Source: Candidatus Caccovivens sp.
GTDB taxonomy: Bacteria > Bacillota > Clostridia > Christensenellales > UBA1242
Direction: 5' to 3'
Length of the DNA: 54,345 bases
Assembly: GCA_051888935.1 (NCBI GenBank)
Contig: JBJFCL010000023.1
Location: 1 to 54,345, forward strand
The notes beneath the pieces are model-generated. The model ran no database searches. It had not been told where the DNA came from and saw only the letters and a program-made list of their open reading frames with translations. Both the position numbers and the translations under genes were made by a program. This document shows positions 1-15,000 of the stretch, piece after piece (the first letter of the stretch is position 1; every line of letters starts with the position of its first letter).

Positions 1-1
1 T

Positions 2-3000
2 GGCAACAAGACAGCCACAATTGTAGTTAAACAAGGTTACATAAATGCTCCAATCGCAATCACAGTAAGTGGGGTTGCAAATTCATATGTAATCACACTC
101 AATGGCAATGGTGCTACAACAGAAGGCACAACTAGTGTTACTGCTGTTTATGATAGTGCCACCCTTGAAACCATTACAAATCCACTTCGCACAGGATACA
201 CATTCGCTGGCTGGACTGCAACAAAAGACGGCAACGATGTTGTTATTACCACAGCAGGCGTGTTTGCCAACGTTGACGGCTACACAGCAGATGGCGTTTG
301 GAAGAGAGCACAAGACACAACTCTTTACGCAAAGTGGAACGCAAACACATACACAGTTACATTTGAAGCAAATGGCGGAACTCCAAGCGTTGCAAGCAAG
401 GTTGTGACATATGATTCTGCATATGGCACTCTTGCAACAGCAACAAAAGAGGGATATATCTTTGGTGGTTGGTATCTTGATAGTGGATTGACAAATCAAA
501 TTGCAGAAGACACAATCGTAAAGACGGCTGAGAATCACACACTATATGCAAAATGGAATTCCAAGAGTGTTTCTGTTCATATTCAAAACTTGTCTGGAAC
601 GGCAAATGAAGGTACTGTTATGGGCATAGACTCATACACATACACTGGAACGTTCAACACAGGCGACACAATCATTTTCACTCACACAGCAAAGACTGAT
701 GCAAGTGGAAACGCATTGTATGTCTTCAATAAATATGTTAAAGGTACAAATTGGAACGACACAAGCGTGACTTCTTACACAATCACTGCAAGCGACACTG
801 ATGCAGGACAAGTGATTGAATTTAGAGTTTGCTATGTTGTTCAACTTAGTGTCACAGCGGTGACAGATGGAGAAATTAGTGGTGTTGGTGGACTTGTAAG
901 CATTTACTCTCAAACACCTGCAACAACAAACAATTACGATTCGGCTTATTATGGAGAATCAAGCACTTTCCCTGTTTCAGCGACAGCTAAAAATGGCTAT
1001 CGCTTTGACGGTTGGTTTGACAATTCTGCATGCACAGGAGATGCCCTTTCAACAAATGTTGAATATAGTCATAGATTTGGCTCAAATGGTGCTGTAAAAT
1101 TGTACGCTAAGTTTACAGCAATTGATTACACAATCGATTATGTTCTTGGCACAGGCGCAACTTGGGCAGATGGTTACACTGCTCCAACATCTTACAAGAT
1201 TACTGAGAGCGTGACACTTCCAATAGCGACAAATGTAACAAAGATGGGCTATACATTTGCTGGCTGGTACGATAATGCAGAACTTTCTGGAACGCCAATC
1301 ATAATCATTGAAATTGGAACAACTGGAAATAAGACTTTCTATGCAAGTTACACAGCAAATGATTACACAATCACATATACAGCAAACGGCGGAGCAGGTG
1401 CTGATGTCGTTCAAGATGTGACATTTGATCAAACATTTACAACCAAGGCAAGTGACACATTCTCACGCACTGGTTACACTTTTGCAGGTTGGAGCACTTC
1501 TGCAACTGCTTTGGCAGGAACATTTACAGAACCTTCAACACAATACACATATAATGTTGCAGGAGACACAACTCTCCATGCAATTTGGACGGCAAACAAA
1601 TATACTGTAACCTTCAATGGAAATGGCAACACAAGTGGAACAATGACTTCAATTGAACTTACTTATGATGTCAAGGCAAACTTGCCAGAAAACAAGTTTG
1701 TTCGTTCAGGTTACACATTCGAAGGCTGGGCAACAACCGAAAATGGAACTGTTGCATATTTGGATAAGGCGGAAGTTGTAAATCTCACAACAAGCGGAAC
1801 TTTCCAACTCTTTGCAGTATGGTCAGCAAACACAAACACACCATACAAAGTTAATGTCTACAAAGCAAACACAAGTGGCACATACACTGATGTGACTGCA
1901 CAAGTGCTTGACAGAACTGGCACAAGTGATGCAAAACTTACTTTTGTCACAACGGACACAGCAATCACTATTGACGGTGTGAAGTATGAATACACTGGTT
2001 TTAGTTATGATGCGACAAAGACAGGAATTACAAGTGCAACAAACATGACAATACTCCCAGATGGAACACTTGAAATTGATATTTACTTTTCTAGAAATGA
2101 ATACACTTTGACAATCAAACCTAATGGTGGTGTTTATAGCGGAAAAGCCACAGACACAACCGTTAAGGGATTGTTTGAAACAACTTACAATGTCGAAGCA
2201 GTGGTTCGTGAAGGTCACGATTTCATTGGTTGGACTTTGACGGGCGCTGGAATATTTGACACAGACACAAATGTTTATACATTCAAAGCAGGAAATGACA
2301 CTTTGACAGCAGAGTGGCAAATCCTCTCTTACACCTTGACTTTAACAAAAGACGAAGGAATCAAAACTTTTGTGGCAACTGGTGCAAATGTAACAGACAA
2401 CAAAGACGACACATACACAGTTGTTTATGGCTCAACAGTTACACTTTCTTACACTTTGAATGATGGATACAACTTCAAAGGATACGAAAGTGCACAAGTG
2501 ACAGTTTCCGACAACCTCTTCACAATGATTGCAGGAAATGTAACTGTGAAAGCAACAACAAATGAAAATGCTTACACAATCAGACTTAACCTAAACGGCG
2601 GAGAAGGTGCAGAAACGAGCAAGGATATTTCTGCTCTCTATGCAACACCTCAAAACTTGCCAAGTATCGCAAGTCTTGGTTGGAGCAAGAGTGGTTATTA
2701 TTTTGCTGGTTGGGGAATTTCAGAAGACAGTACAACAGTCTTCAAGACTGACGGGGCAGAAGTTGTCAAACTTGCAACCTCTGGCGTATTCAACTTGTAT
2801 GCAATTTGGTCAGCAAATTCTTATGAAATTACATTTGATGCAAACAACGGCGAGGGCACAATTGCCAAGATGACAAATGTTGTCTTCAATGAAAATGTTA
2901 CCTTGCCTATGAACAATGGTGCAATCACACGCACAGGTTACACCTTCCTCGGTTGGAGCGAAGATGCAAGTGCAATATCTGCAACTTATGAAGACGGAGC

Positions 3001-6000
3001 AACATTCAAATACACCAAACCTGACGATATGGCTCTTAAAGCTGTTTGGAGTGAAAACTCATACACACTCACTCTTGACGCAAACGATGCAAACTATCAA
3101 GGCACAGCAACTCTTATTGCTGGAAAGAGCAAGACTCAAACTTTGAAATACACTCAAAATGTAAACTTTGAAAGCATCTATGCACGCACAGGTTACACCT
3201 TTGCTGGTTGGGCAAGAAACGCAACTGCAACAACACCAGATTACACAACATCAAGTGTTGCAAGCGGACTTGTTTCAACTGCAAACGGAAGCATAACATT
3301 GTATGCAGTTTGGACAGCAAGTGAAGTTGAATATAAAGTTGTTCATTATGGACAAACAATTGAAGCTGCTTTGTCAAATGCAACAACATTCACAGTGGCA
3401 AACAGAAACAACTATGCTGTTCTTGAAACGGAAACCAAGACAGCATTCACTGACAGCACTGCTGTTTACGCATTCAAGACGCTTACAGGATTTACTGTGA
3501 CAAACAATATGTACACAAACCTTTCTGGCAACGCTCTTGTCGTTCAAGCTGACGGCAGTTTGGAAATTTACTTGCTTTACACAAGAAATTCTTCAACAGT
3601 ATCAGTGGAAATTGCAGAAAAAGGAATTGTAAGTGTTGACATTGCTTACTCAACGAGAGAGTCAAACAAAACATTTACGGCAAACGGAAGCGTGGATGTT
3701 TACTATGGCGAAAATTTGACAGTTAGTGCAATCACGAAAGTTGGTTATGCTCCAAATGCAACAATCACTTTGATTGGTGCAACTTCAACTTCCATCACGG
3801 CGACAATTTTTGATATGCCAGACAATGATGTAACCATCAGCGTTTCGGCAACTCCAAACACTGACACACCATACACAGTTTACCATTACACTGAAAACCT
3901 GGCTGGCGGTTATGACCTCCACACCACAGAAAACTTGAAAGGTACAACCGACACAACAGCAAATGCGGTTGTCAAGACCATCACAAACTACACTCATGAC
4001 GCAGGTGTGACTGGAACAGTGCTCTCTGGAAATATTGCCGGCGATGGCAGTTTGGAATTGTATGTTTACTACACTCTTGACACATACACTCTCACACTGT
4101 CCGCAGACAGCAAGATTTCTGGTGTGAAAGCAACAGGCGTTGGTGCAACACTCACTGATGAAACAAACAATGTCTACACAGTAAAAGTTACAGCATCAAT
4201 CGAACTTTCATACGACGCAATCGCAACAGGATATAGTTTCAAAGAATGGCAAGTTGTTCTTGGAACTGTCACCATCACCGATAATGAATTCACTATGCCG
4301 GCACAAGACCTTTCAATTAAGGCAGTTAGTGAACCTATCGAATATGAAATCATCTATCACGGCAACAACGGACTTATTGACGGTGCAAGCACAAAAACAG
4401 AAAAGATTAGATTTGATGCAAGCACAACAATCATGGCAGGCGACACAGTAACACGCACCGGCTATACTTTCTCCACATGGAACACAATGGCTGACGGAAA
4501 CGGAGACAATATGGCTGTGGGAACACAATACACTCACACCAAGACAGAAAACCTCAACCTTTATGCAATGTGGACGGCAAACAAATATGATGTGACATAC
4601 ACTGCAAACAATGGCACAGCAGACGACAAGACATTTGAAAAGTCTGCAACATTTGACAGCGATTACACAGTTCTTGACAACACTTCCGCAAACGGAATGG
4701 GCTGGACAAAGACTGGATACACATTCATTGGTTGGGCAAGAAGTGCAAGTGCAACGACACCTGACTACACTGCTGGCAATGTGTTTAAATACACAGTTGA
4801 CGGCAACACAACTTTGAATGCAGTTTGGAGCGCAAATTCTTACACAATCAATTACAGCGCAAACACTGTTGACAAGAACGGCGACGCTCTCTATGGCAAA
4901 GCAACAGGCTCGACCGCTGGAACAAATGCAACATATGACCAAGACGTTCAACTTGCAACAAATGGTTACAACCTTGTTGGATACATCTTCAAAGGTTGGA
5001 AAGATAATGCAACTGGAACAATTTACAATGCAGGTCAAACACTCACAAAACCAAACTTTACAAGTGACGCAAATGGCACATACACTCTCTACGCAGTTTG
5101 GGAAGCAGAGACAATTACAATTAAGGTTTATAAAGATGTTGCTGATAGTACTGCAACCACAACCTTCACTCTTGTATATGGAAAATCTTACACAGGTGAC
5201 GATGCAATTCTTGTGGAAAATCTAAATTCTTATGATAAGACTGGCTACAACCTTACAGGGTTTGCGACTGCTGATGGAACAATGTGGATTGACAAAGATG
5301 GCAAGATTATGTCGGGAGTTACAGACACAATAGGAAATGTAATAACTGATGGCAATATCTTTGCTTATACTGATGAAGACAATGAAATGTCCATCTTTGC
5401 ACAATATTCAGCAAAACCATACATTGTGACATTTGACACTGATACGACAAAACCTAGTGACGGAAGCAGTATCACAATTTCTCAGACTTCAAAAACTGTT
5501 TACTTTAATCAAACATTTGGCGAAGATGGATTGTGGCCAACACCTTCACTTGGCGGTTACTTCTTTGATGGTTGGTCAACAAGCAATTTATATCGAGCAC
5601 TCTCACTTGAACAATATCATACACTTGAAGGTGCACAAGAAACTGTTGACTCCAAGTATATCTTCACTCGTGGCGAAGGTGAAAATGTTGTTGAATATGT
5701 TTATGTTCAAAGAAATGCTGACAACACACCTTCCACAACTTTGATTGAAGTTGCAACTGTTCAGGCTTCATTTGTAAAAGCAAGCGACACAGTTTGGGAT
5801 ATTGGAGATGCAGGTCTTACTCTCTACGCAACATGGATTGGAAGAACGGATATATCATATACTGTTTACTATTACTTAGAAGAAATTGAATTTGATAGTT
5901 TGGCTGACAACTTTGCTGACTACACACAAAGTGGAACAAATTATCCAGAAATCCCAACCACAATCAACTATACAGACAAAGACGGAAACACAAAGACTTA

Positions 6001-9000
6001 TCTTCAAATCAAGTCGGAAACTCACAACAACGCACTTATTGCGGACAAAGTTGAAAATTATATCTATAAATATAATTACACTGGCTTCACTTATAAATAT
6101 TATGAATACACTGGTGACACAATTCAAGCAGACAAAGAAGGCGAGCAAGATGTCGGAAAATCCAAGATTTACGCATTCTACACTCGTCAAGAATACACTC
6201 TCACTCTTGACACAAGCAAGGGTGTGGCAAGTGTTACTGCAAGTGGAACTGGCGTGACCGACAATCATGACGGAACTTACAGCATTAAGTATAATGCTTT
6301 GGTGACAATTTCTGCTGGAATGAAAGCGGGTTATGCATTCAATGCTTGGGTAAACAAAGCAGGTTACACAGAAGTTGAACCTACATCAACAGCAAATGAT
6401 GATGACGCAAGCGAAGCAACATTCAATATGCCTTCAACAACAAATGGGGTTTATTTGACTGCAACGGCAACACCACAAACAGTAAACTACTATGTTGAAG
6501 TTTATGAACAAAATGTTGCAAACGACAACTACACAATCAGTGGAACGCGAGCAACCTTCACAGGCACAACCGACACAAATGTTGATATTGCAAAACACAA
6601 CACTGCAAGAAATGGTTTCAAATATGACCACTACACAGTTGGAATCACAACAAGCGAAACAGAAACTCTAAATGGCTCACTCAATATCAATGGTGAGGGC
6701 AACCTTGTTGTAAGACTTTACTACACAAGAAACACATACACAATCACTCTCACTGCAAATAAAGGTGTGGCAAGCGTCAGCGCACAAGGTGACAGCTTGA
6801 CTGGTTCAAATGGTGTTTACACCGTTCGTTATGGTGCAGAAATCACACTTGTAGCGACAGCAAAAGCTGGTTATACTCTCACATCAACAGTTTGGACTGT
6901 TGACACTGGTTCAACCCAAGTTACAGTTGCAAATGGCAAATTCAACATGCCTGCTGGAAATGTTATGCTCTCAGCAAATGCAACACCAAACACAGACACT
7001 GCTTACAGAGTGAACTACTATGTTCAAAATGCAGACGGAACATTTGTGCTTGATAGTGCATTTACTGAATACGACATTTATGGGGAAAGTGGACATTCAA
7101 AAACAAATCCATATTCCACCAATATTCAAGGAACAACAGACACTGTTGCACCTATTGCAACTTACAACTCAATCTCAATTTTGGGAATGAAATATTCTTA
7201 CTATGTTGTAACTTCAACAACAAATGGCAAGACAGATGATGTGTTCAATGAAGTTACAAACGGCAACCTCAACATTGACGGAGATGGAAGTCTTGTAATC
7301 AATCTCTATTATTCAAGAGAGACTTACACTCTCACACTCAACACAAGTGTCGGAGTGGCAACAGTTAGCGTTGCACCTGCAACAGGAATTTCTGCTGGCA
7401 CAGCGGCAAATACATACAACATTATGTATAATATCACGGTGACATTGAACCACACATTGACAAGTCAAGGATACACTTTCAACAAGTGGACAATCAACAG
7501 CGGTCTTACAGGTGAGGCTCTTTCTGGAAACACATTCACAATGCCAACAAATGCAGTTGTTTTGACTGCAACAGCAGATGCAAACGTTTATAACATCGTT
7601 TATCACTACAACGATGGAACAATTCCAGAAACAACAAAGTCACAACCTGTGACTTATGCATCAAATGTGACCTTGCTCGACAAGTTTGCAAGAGATGGAT
7701 ATGTGTTTGCAGGCTGGGCAGAGACTTCAACAGGAACAATTGTTTACAATGACAAAGCAACATTTAAGTATGAAAAGATTGGAGACCTTGACCTCTATGC
7801 AATTTGGTCAAATATCAAGTACACAATTTCTTTCAATGCAAACAACGGAACCGGCGTGATGGCAAGTATGGAAGTGACCTTTGACGAACCAGTAACTCTC
7901 ACAAAGAACACAACAATCACACGCACAGGTTACACTTTCCTTGGTTGGAGCGAAGATGCTGACGCAGAGGTGGCAACATTCTTAGATGAAGCAACATTCA
8001 CATACAACAAGGTTGGGGATATGATACTCTATGCAATTTGGAGTGAAAATTCCTACACTCTTACTCTTGACGGAAACAACGATGACGGACACCAAGGCAC
8101 AGCAACATTCAAGAGTGGTGTGACAACAAACACACAAAATTTGAAATACACACAAAATGCTGACCTTAGAGAAATTTATGACCGCACAGGTTACACATTC
8201 GTTGAATGGAACACGCAGTCCAATGGAAGCGGAACAAGATATCTTACAACTGACACAGTTAGCGGACTTAAAGATGGAACAACAGGAAACGATTCCATCA
8301 CATTGTATGCAATTTGGACAGCAACAACAGTAAATTACAAAGTGATTGTTTACGAACAAAATCTTGCAACCTCAAATGATTACACGACAGACAACTATAC
8401 AAGAGTTTCAACATCTGAAAATGAAACACAAAGTGCTCTTACAGATGCAACAATCAGCGTAAACACATTTATAACACCACGCACAGGATTTACTTTTGAT
8501 GGATTTACCACAAACAAGACTGTTGAAGATGCTTACAGCACAGTTGTTCAAGCAGACGGCAGTTTGGAAATTTATCTTTGGTACACAAGAAACACATACA
8601 CAGTCACAACATCAGTCAAGAGCGGTGACAACGGCATTGGAACAATCATTGGTGCAGGTGACTATCAATATGGAGCAAGCGTAACTCTTACAGCAACAAT
8701 CAATGCTGGTTACACATTTGAGAAGTTTGCTTCATCAAACGGCACTCTTCAAGCCGACATCACAACAAATGGTGCAACATTCACAATGCCTGCGGGAGAC
8801 TTGCACTTTGTTGCAAGCACAACAAAGAATCCAAACACAAATTACTATATCAAGTATCTCTTTGAAACCGACCAAAAAGGTGTATATGAAGAAGACACTA
8901 CTCTTTCTGCAACCTTTGCTGGCAGTGGCACAGGTGAAACAGAAAGCACAATCACGCTCGACATGATTAAGACTGCAAACGACACAACCAACATTTTGAA

Positions 9001-12000
9001 CGTGAAAGGTTTTGAATATGCAAACTTTGGTCTTTTGGACAACACCACAGACCCAGTTTCATACAAATCAGTTACAATCACTGGTGACGGCAACGCAACA
9101 GTCAATGTTTACTACACAAGAATGTCATACACACTCACAATCAATTATTACTATGCGTCAGAGACCGAGCCATACACATCAATCGCTCCAAGCGTTGTGG
9201 AAGATTATTTGCATGGCGCAAGCGGAACAGTTGTATCCCCAATTATCACAGGATACACTGCTGACAAACTTAGTGTGGATTGGGAAATTGATGGACAGGA
9301 TTTGACAATCGACGTGTTCTACACACCAAATACTTACACAATCACTTTTGATGCAAATCAAGGAAATGTGACACCAATTTCAAAATCATTTACTATTGAA
9401 GATATTGTCACTCTTCCTCAACCAACTCGCGATGGTTACACATTCGTGGTTTGGGAAGTGACGGAGATTGCAACAGAAACAAACTTTGTAATGGGCACAA
9501 GATACACAACCTCAATTGATAAAGGTATGTATGGAAATGTGACATTGATGGCTGTTTGGGAACCAATCACAAACAATGTGACTTACACACTGACAAACAC
9601 AATCAAAGTTAGTGGACAAGACAAACTTGCAAGTGGAACAGCTTACAACGGCACATTCCGAGCAGAAGAAGGCTATTCACTTCCAGCAACATCTGACATT
9701 GTGGTCAAGATGACAATAAATGGCGTCACAAAGACAATGACTGCTGGAACAGACTACAACATTTCAATCACAGACGGAATTTGTGCAATTTTAATAGATG
9801 GAGAAAAAGTTGTTGGTGACATTGAAATCATCATTACATCAACAGCAAATGAATATTTGGCAAATATCACAGGCGAAAACACCACAGTTTCTGTTGATGG
9901 AACAACATACACAACAACAGCAAGCAAGACAGTTGCAACAGCAACAAGCATAACATTCTACGCAAAAGCAAACGAAGGATATGGCAGAAGCGGAATCACA
10001 TTTGTTGTAACCTCCGGAAATGCAACACTTAGCGAAGTTACTGAAAACGACGGAGTTTACAGCGTTACAGCAAGTGGATACACATCAACCTTCACAGTGA
10101 CAGCAACAGCGACAATCAATAGTTACACACTCACAGTTGACCCAGCAAACGGAACATTCAATGGAAGCACAGATGTTGTGACCTTCACACAAAACTTCCA
10201 GACAACACTTGCAATATCAAATCCAACCCGCACAGGATACACCTTCACTGGTTGGGATATAACAGAGATAGGCAAAGGAAGTTTGGACAAAGCAACTTTC
10301 ACATTTGGAGCATCTGATAGCAAGTTAACTGCAACATGGAGTGTAAATAGATACAAAGTTACACTCAACCTCAATGATTCCAACTTTGCAAACGGAACAA
10401 CAGCGGTTGAAAGTGTAAATATTGAAAATGTAACAATTTCAAATGGAACAATCACACTTTACGCACAATATGACAGCACATATGCCACACTTTATACAGA
10501 AGATGGCAAGAGTGTATCATTTGCAGATTTCACATCAGCAAATGTCACAAGAAAAGGTTATGACTTTGCAGGGTTCTACACGGACAGAGTTCTGTTGGGC
10601 GAAAGTGCAACAAATTCAACACCAGTGTCATCTTTGACAGAATTTAAGACTGCAAACAATGACACAGTTATCTATGCATACTGGACACGCAAGAGTGATG
10701 TTAAATACACAGTAAATCACTATCTTGAAAAACTTGACATCGACAATCCGGACACAAGCGTTTCAGCTCACTGGGAACTTGCTGAAAATGGAACCGAAGT
10801 CTTCACGGACGGAACATCTGACGGCGAAGTAACACCAGATGTAAGAACAATCACAGGATTCACAGCACCTGCGACAAAGACAGCGACAGTCAACGCAGAC
10901 GGCAGCACAGTCGTAAATTATTACTACACAAGAAATCAATATACATTGGAAATCAAGAGCAATTTCAAAGCTTATGACACCGAAACAACAATCATTGGAA
11001 CAGGTTTGAATGAAGTTGTCATAACAGTCAATGGAACAACCTTGACACAAAACAGCACTTTGGTTGATTTTGGTTCAAACATTGTTGTTACATCTCTTGA
11101 CTTGTATGCAGGCTATTCATACACAGGCTGGACAATTAACAAAAAGATTGGTGAAGAAGACGTTAAACATGACGGCGCATTGGAGAACATTTTTGCAGAA
11201 TTTAATTACACCATGACACAATACAATTCAACAATTTTGTTTGGATTCCAAGGTAATATATATTCTGTTGAATACATTCTTGATAATGGCACAAATGGTG
11301 CAGGAAACACAGAAGAATATCAAACTTCAATCAACAACAAAGCTTTTGATATTGTTGACCCAACAAAGACGGGTTACACATTCAACGGTTGGACAATTGC
11401 ATGGGCAGATGGTGACAATTCAGATACAGGAATTGCAGAAGATGAAACAAGCACACTTCCAACGATTGACAACAAAGTGTTGACAATTCTTGCAAACACT
11501 TATGGAAAACTTAAACTTACAGCAAATTGGACAGCAAATTCATACACAATCACTCTCAATCAAAATGGTGCAGATGTTGAATCTTCTCCTCTCAGTGTGA
11601 CAGCAGTATATGACCAAACAACCGAATTTATAATCACAAATCCACAAAAGACTGGTCACACATTCCTTGGTTGGACAACAACAATGAATGGTGATGTGAT
11701 TGTGATTAATGTTGATGGCTCTTTGGCACATGGTGTTGATGGCTACACAGACGAAAATGGTGTTTGGACAAGACCAAATCCAACAGAAGTATTTGCAAAA
11801 TGGAAAGCAAACACCTACACAATCATCTTCAATGGAAATGGTTCAACCGATGGCAATATGGACAATCTCACAATGACTTATGGCGTTCCAGCAAACTTGA
11901 CAACAAATTCCTACTCAAAAGATGGATACTCATTTGACAGTTGGAACACAAATGCCAACGGCACAGGAACAAAATATCTCAACGGACAAGAAGTTGTTAG

Positions 12001-15000
12001 TTTGAAAGAAAATGAAGGCGACACATTGACCTTGTTTGCACAATGGACAGCAAAAGCAAATGATGTTACCTATACTCTTTCACACACAATTCGCTTGACA
12101 GGAGTTGACTCAATCAACAGTGGAACGGAATTCACAAGCACATTCCGAGCAGAAGAAGGCTATTCACTTCCAGCAACATCTGACATTGTGGTCAAGATGA
12201 CAATAAATGGCGTCACAAAGACAATGACTGCTGGAACAGACTACAACATTTCAATCACAGACGGAATTTGTGCAATTTTAATAGATGGAGAAAAAGTTGT
12301 TGGTGACATTGAAATCATCATTACATCAACAGCAAATGAATATTTGGCAAATATCACAGGCGAAAACACCACAGTTTCTGTTGATGGAACAACATACACA
12401 ACAACAGCAAGCAAGACAGTTGCAACAGCAACAAGCATAACATTCTACGCAAAAGCAAACGAAGGATATGGCAGAAGCGGAATCACATTTGTTGTAACCT
12501 CCGGAAATGCAACACTTAGCGAAGTTACTGAAAACGACGGAGTTTACAGCGTTACAGCAAGTGGATACACATCAACCTTCACAGTGACAGCAACAGCGAC
12601 AATCAATAGTTACACACTCACAGTTGACCCAGCAAACGGAACATTCAATGGAAGCACAGATGTTGTGACCTTCACACAAAACTTCCAGACAACACTTGCA
12701 ATATCAAATCCAACCCGCACAGGATACACCTTCACTGGTTGGGATATAACAGAGATAGGCAAAGGAAGTTTGGACAAAGCAACTTTCACATTTGGAGCAT
12801 CTGATAGCAAGTTAACTGCAACATGGAGTGTAAATAGATACAAAGTTACACTCAACCTCAATGATTCCAACTTTGCAAACGGAACAACAAGTGCTACAAG
12901 CACAATTGGAACAGCCAATGCTGGAATAATTGAAATGTACATAACTTATGGTACAAACTTTGGCAGTATGTATTTGAACTTGGCAGAGACCGAAGATGAG
13001 ACAGCATACAGCATAGCAGAGTTCACAAGCAGTGTAATCAAACGCAGTGGCTACACTTTCACAGGATTCTACACAGAGAAAAACCTTCTCACTGCAAAAG
13101 ATTTGGCAGGAGAACTTGTAACAGCAACAAGAGACTTTACAACGGCAAATGACAACACAGTAATTTATGCAAACTGGACTTACAACACCAATATGTCCTA
13201 CACAGTAAGACACATAAGAGTTGCAGTTGGACAGACTGGTGAAACCGCAGAATCAGTTGTTGAGACAGAGACCTTCACAAACGGAGTAACAGACCATACA
13301 GTTACACCAGCAGTTAAGACATATGAAGGCTTTGTATCTCCAAGTGAACAGACGGTGACAATAACAGCGGAAGGTGATATAACAATCAACTACATTTACA
13401 CAAGACAGACATACACTTTTGCACTTGAAGCAGGAGTGGGAGTTGCAAGTGTAAGTGCAACAGGCACAGGAGTGACACCAAACGCATATGAGACAGGAGT
13501 AATAGCAAGAACATACACAGTTGAATATGGTGCAGTAATTTCACTTACAGCAACAGCAAAGACAGGATACTCAATGTCTTCCTTCACAGCAGGAGAGAAC
13601 TTCACTGGTGCTGGAACAGACACAATCACAGCAACATACACAATGCCAAGCAGATCTGTGACAATCACAGCAAATGCGACAGCAAACAGATATGCAGTCA
13701 TCTTGAATGTGAATGCAGGCAGTGACACAGTAACAGGCACAGGCATAACAGTAACAGATGGCAAAGTGACGTTGTATGCAGAATATGACGCAAAACTTGG
13801 AAAGCTCTACACTGGTGAGACAGGAGAAAAAAGCGTACAACTTGACTCTCTCAACCTTAGAAGAGAAGGTCACACATTTGCAGGCTGGTACTCAAAGGCA
13901 ATAAGTGCAGACGGACTTAGCGACGCAACAGATTACACAGAGTACACAGCACTTACTGACGTAAACTTCACAGATCCACTCAATATCTACGCATACTGGA
14001 CAATAAACACATACACACTTACAGTTAAGTATAAATATGACAGTGGAGCAGAAGCATACGCAGACGCAGTAAGAACAGTTAAGTTTAGAAGTGAAGAAAC
14101 TGTAACAAGCCCAACAATTTACGGCTACACACCAGACAAGGCAGAAGTTAAAGTGACAATGCCAGCAGAAGATGTGACAGTTACAGTAATTTACACAGCA
14201 AACACATATACAATAACCTACAATGTGGACGGAGAAACATCTACAGAGACTTACACAATAAAGGCACCAATAACCTTTAAGATGGTAACAAAGACAGGTT
14301 ACACATTTGCAGGCTGGCTTGTGACAAGCGAGACACAGACGGGCGTAACAGGAAACTGGACAAAGGATAGCTTGTACACAGAAACAACAGCTCCAGAAGG
14401 AATGTATGGAGATGTAACACTCACAGCTACATGGAAAGCAAACACCAACACCAAGTACTACGTTGACATTTACCAGATGAACAACGACGGAAGTTGGAAC
14501 GCAGAAGCAACAACAACAGAAGAAAGAACAGACGGAACAACGGCACAAGCATTGAACATTACAGTTGCAGATACAACAGTGACAATCAATGACGTGACAT
14601 ACTCTTTCACCGGCTTTAGTGTAGATAAGATAAAGACAGGTGACATTTCAAACGTAGTTGTTGCAGCAGATGGAAGCACAAGAGTTGCAATATACTTTAG
14701 TAGAAACACCTACGCATTTACATTTAGTGCAACCGAGGGAGCAAACATTTTGGTCAAAGTAAACGGAGCAGAAGCAACAAGCGGAAGCGAAGTTTACTAC
14801 GGAGCAGAGATAAAAGTAAGTGCAAGCGTAAGCGAAGGATACACATGGGCAGGTTATGCAAGTGCAGGAACAATGCCAACAGGCTTTGTACTTGACAACA
14901 TGGCAGAGCAGACAGTATATATGTCAAACGGCACATGGACTCTGACAGCACAAGCAAGCATAAATAGTTACACACTGACAATAGATGCAGGCGAAGGTTA

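Noticed and set aside
260-262. GTG start given by the ORF track for the giant gene
   Set aside because: The frame is open and repeat-encoding from position 2, so the real start lies upstream of the window.
9651-12889. Duplicated block as a DGR template/variable repeat pair
   Set aside because: The copies look identical (no adenine-specific mismatches), are too long, and there is no reverse transcriptase in the window.
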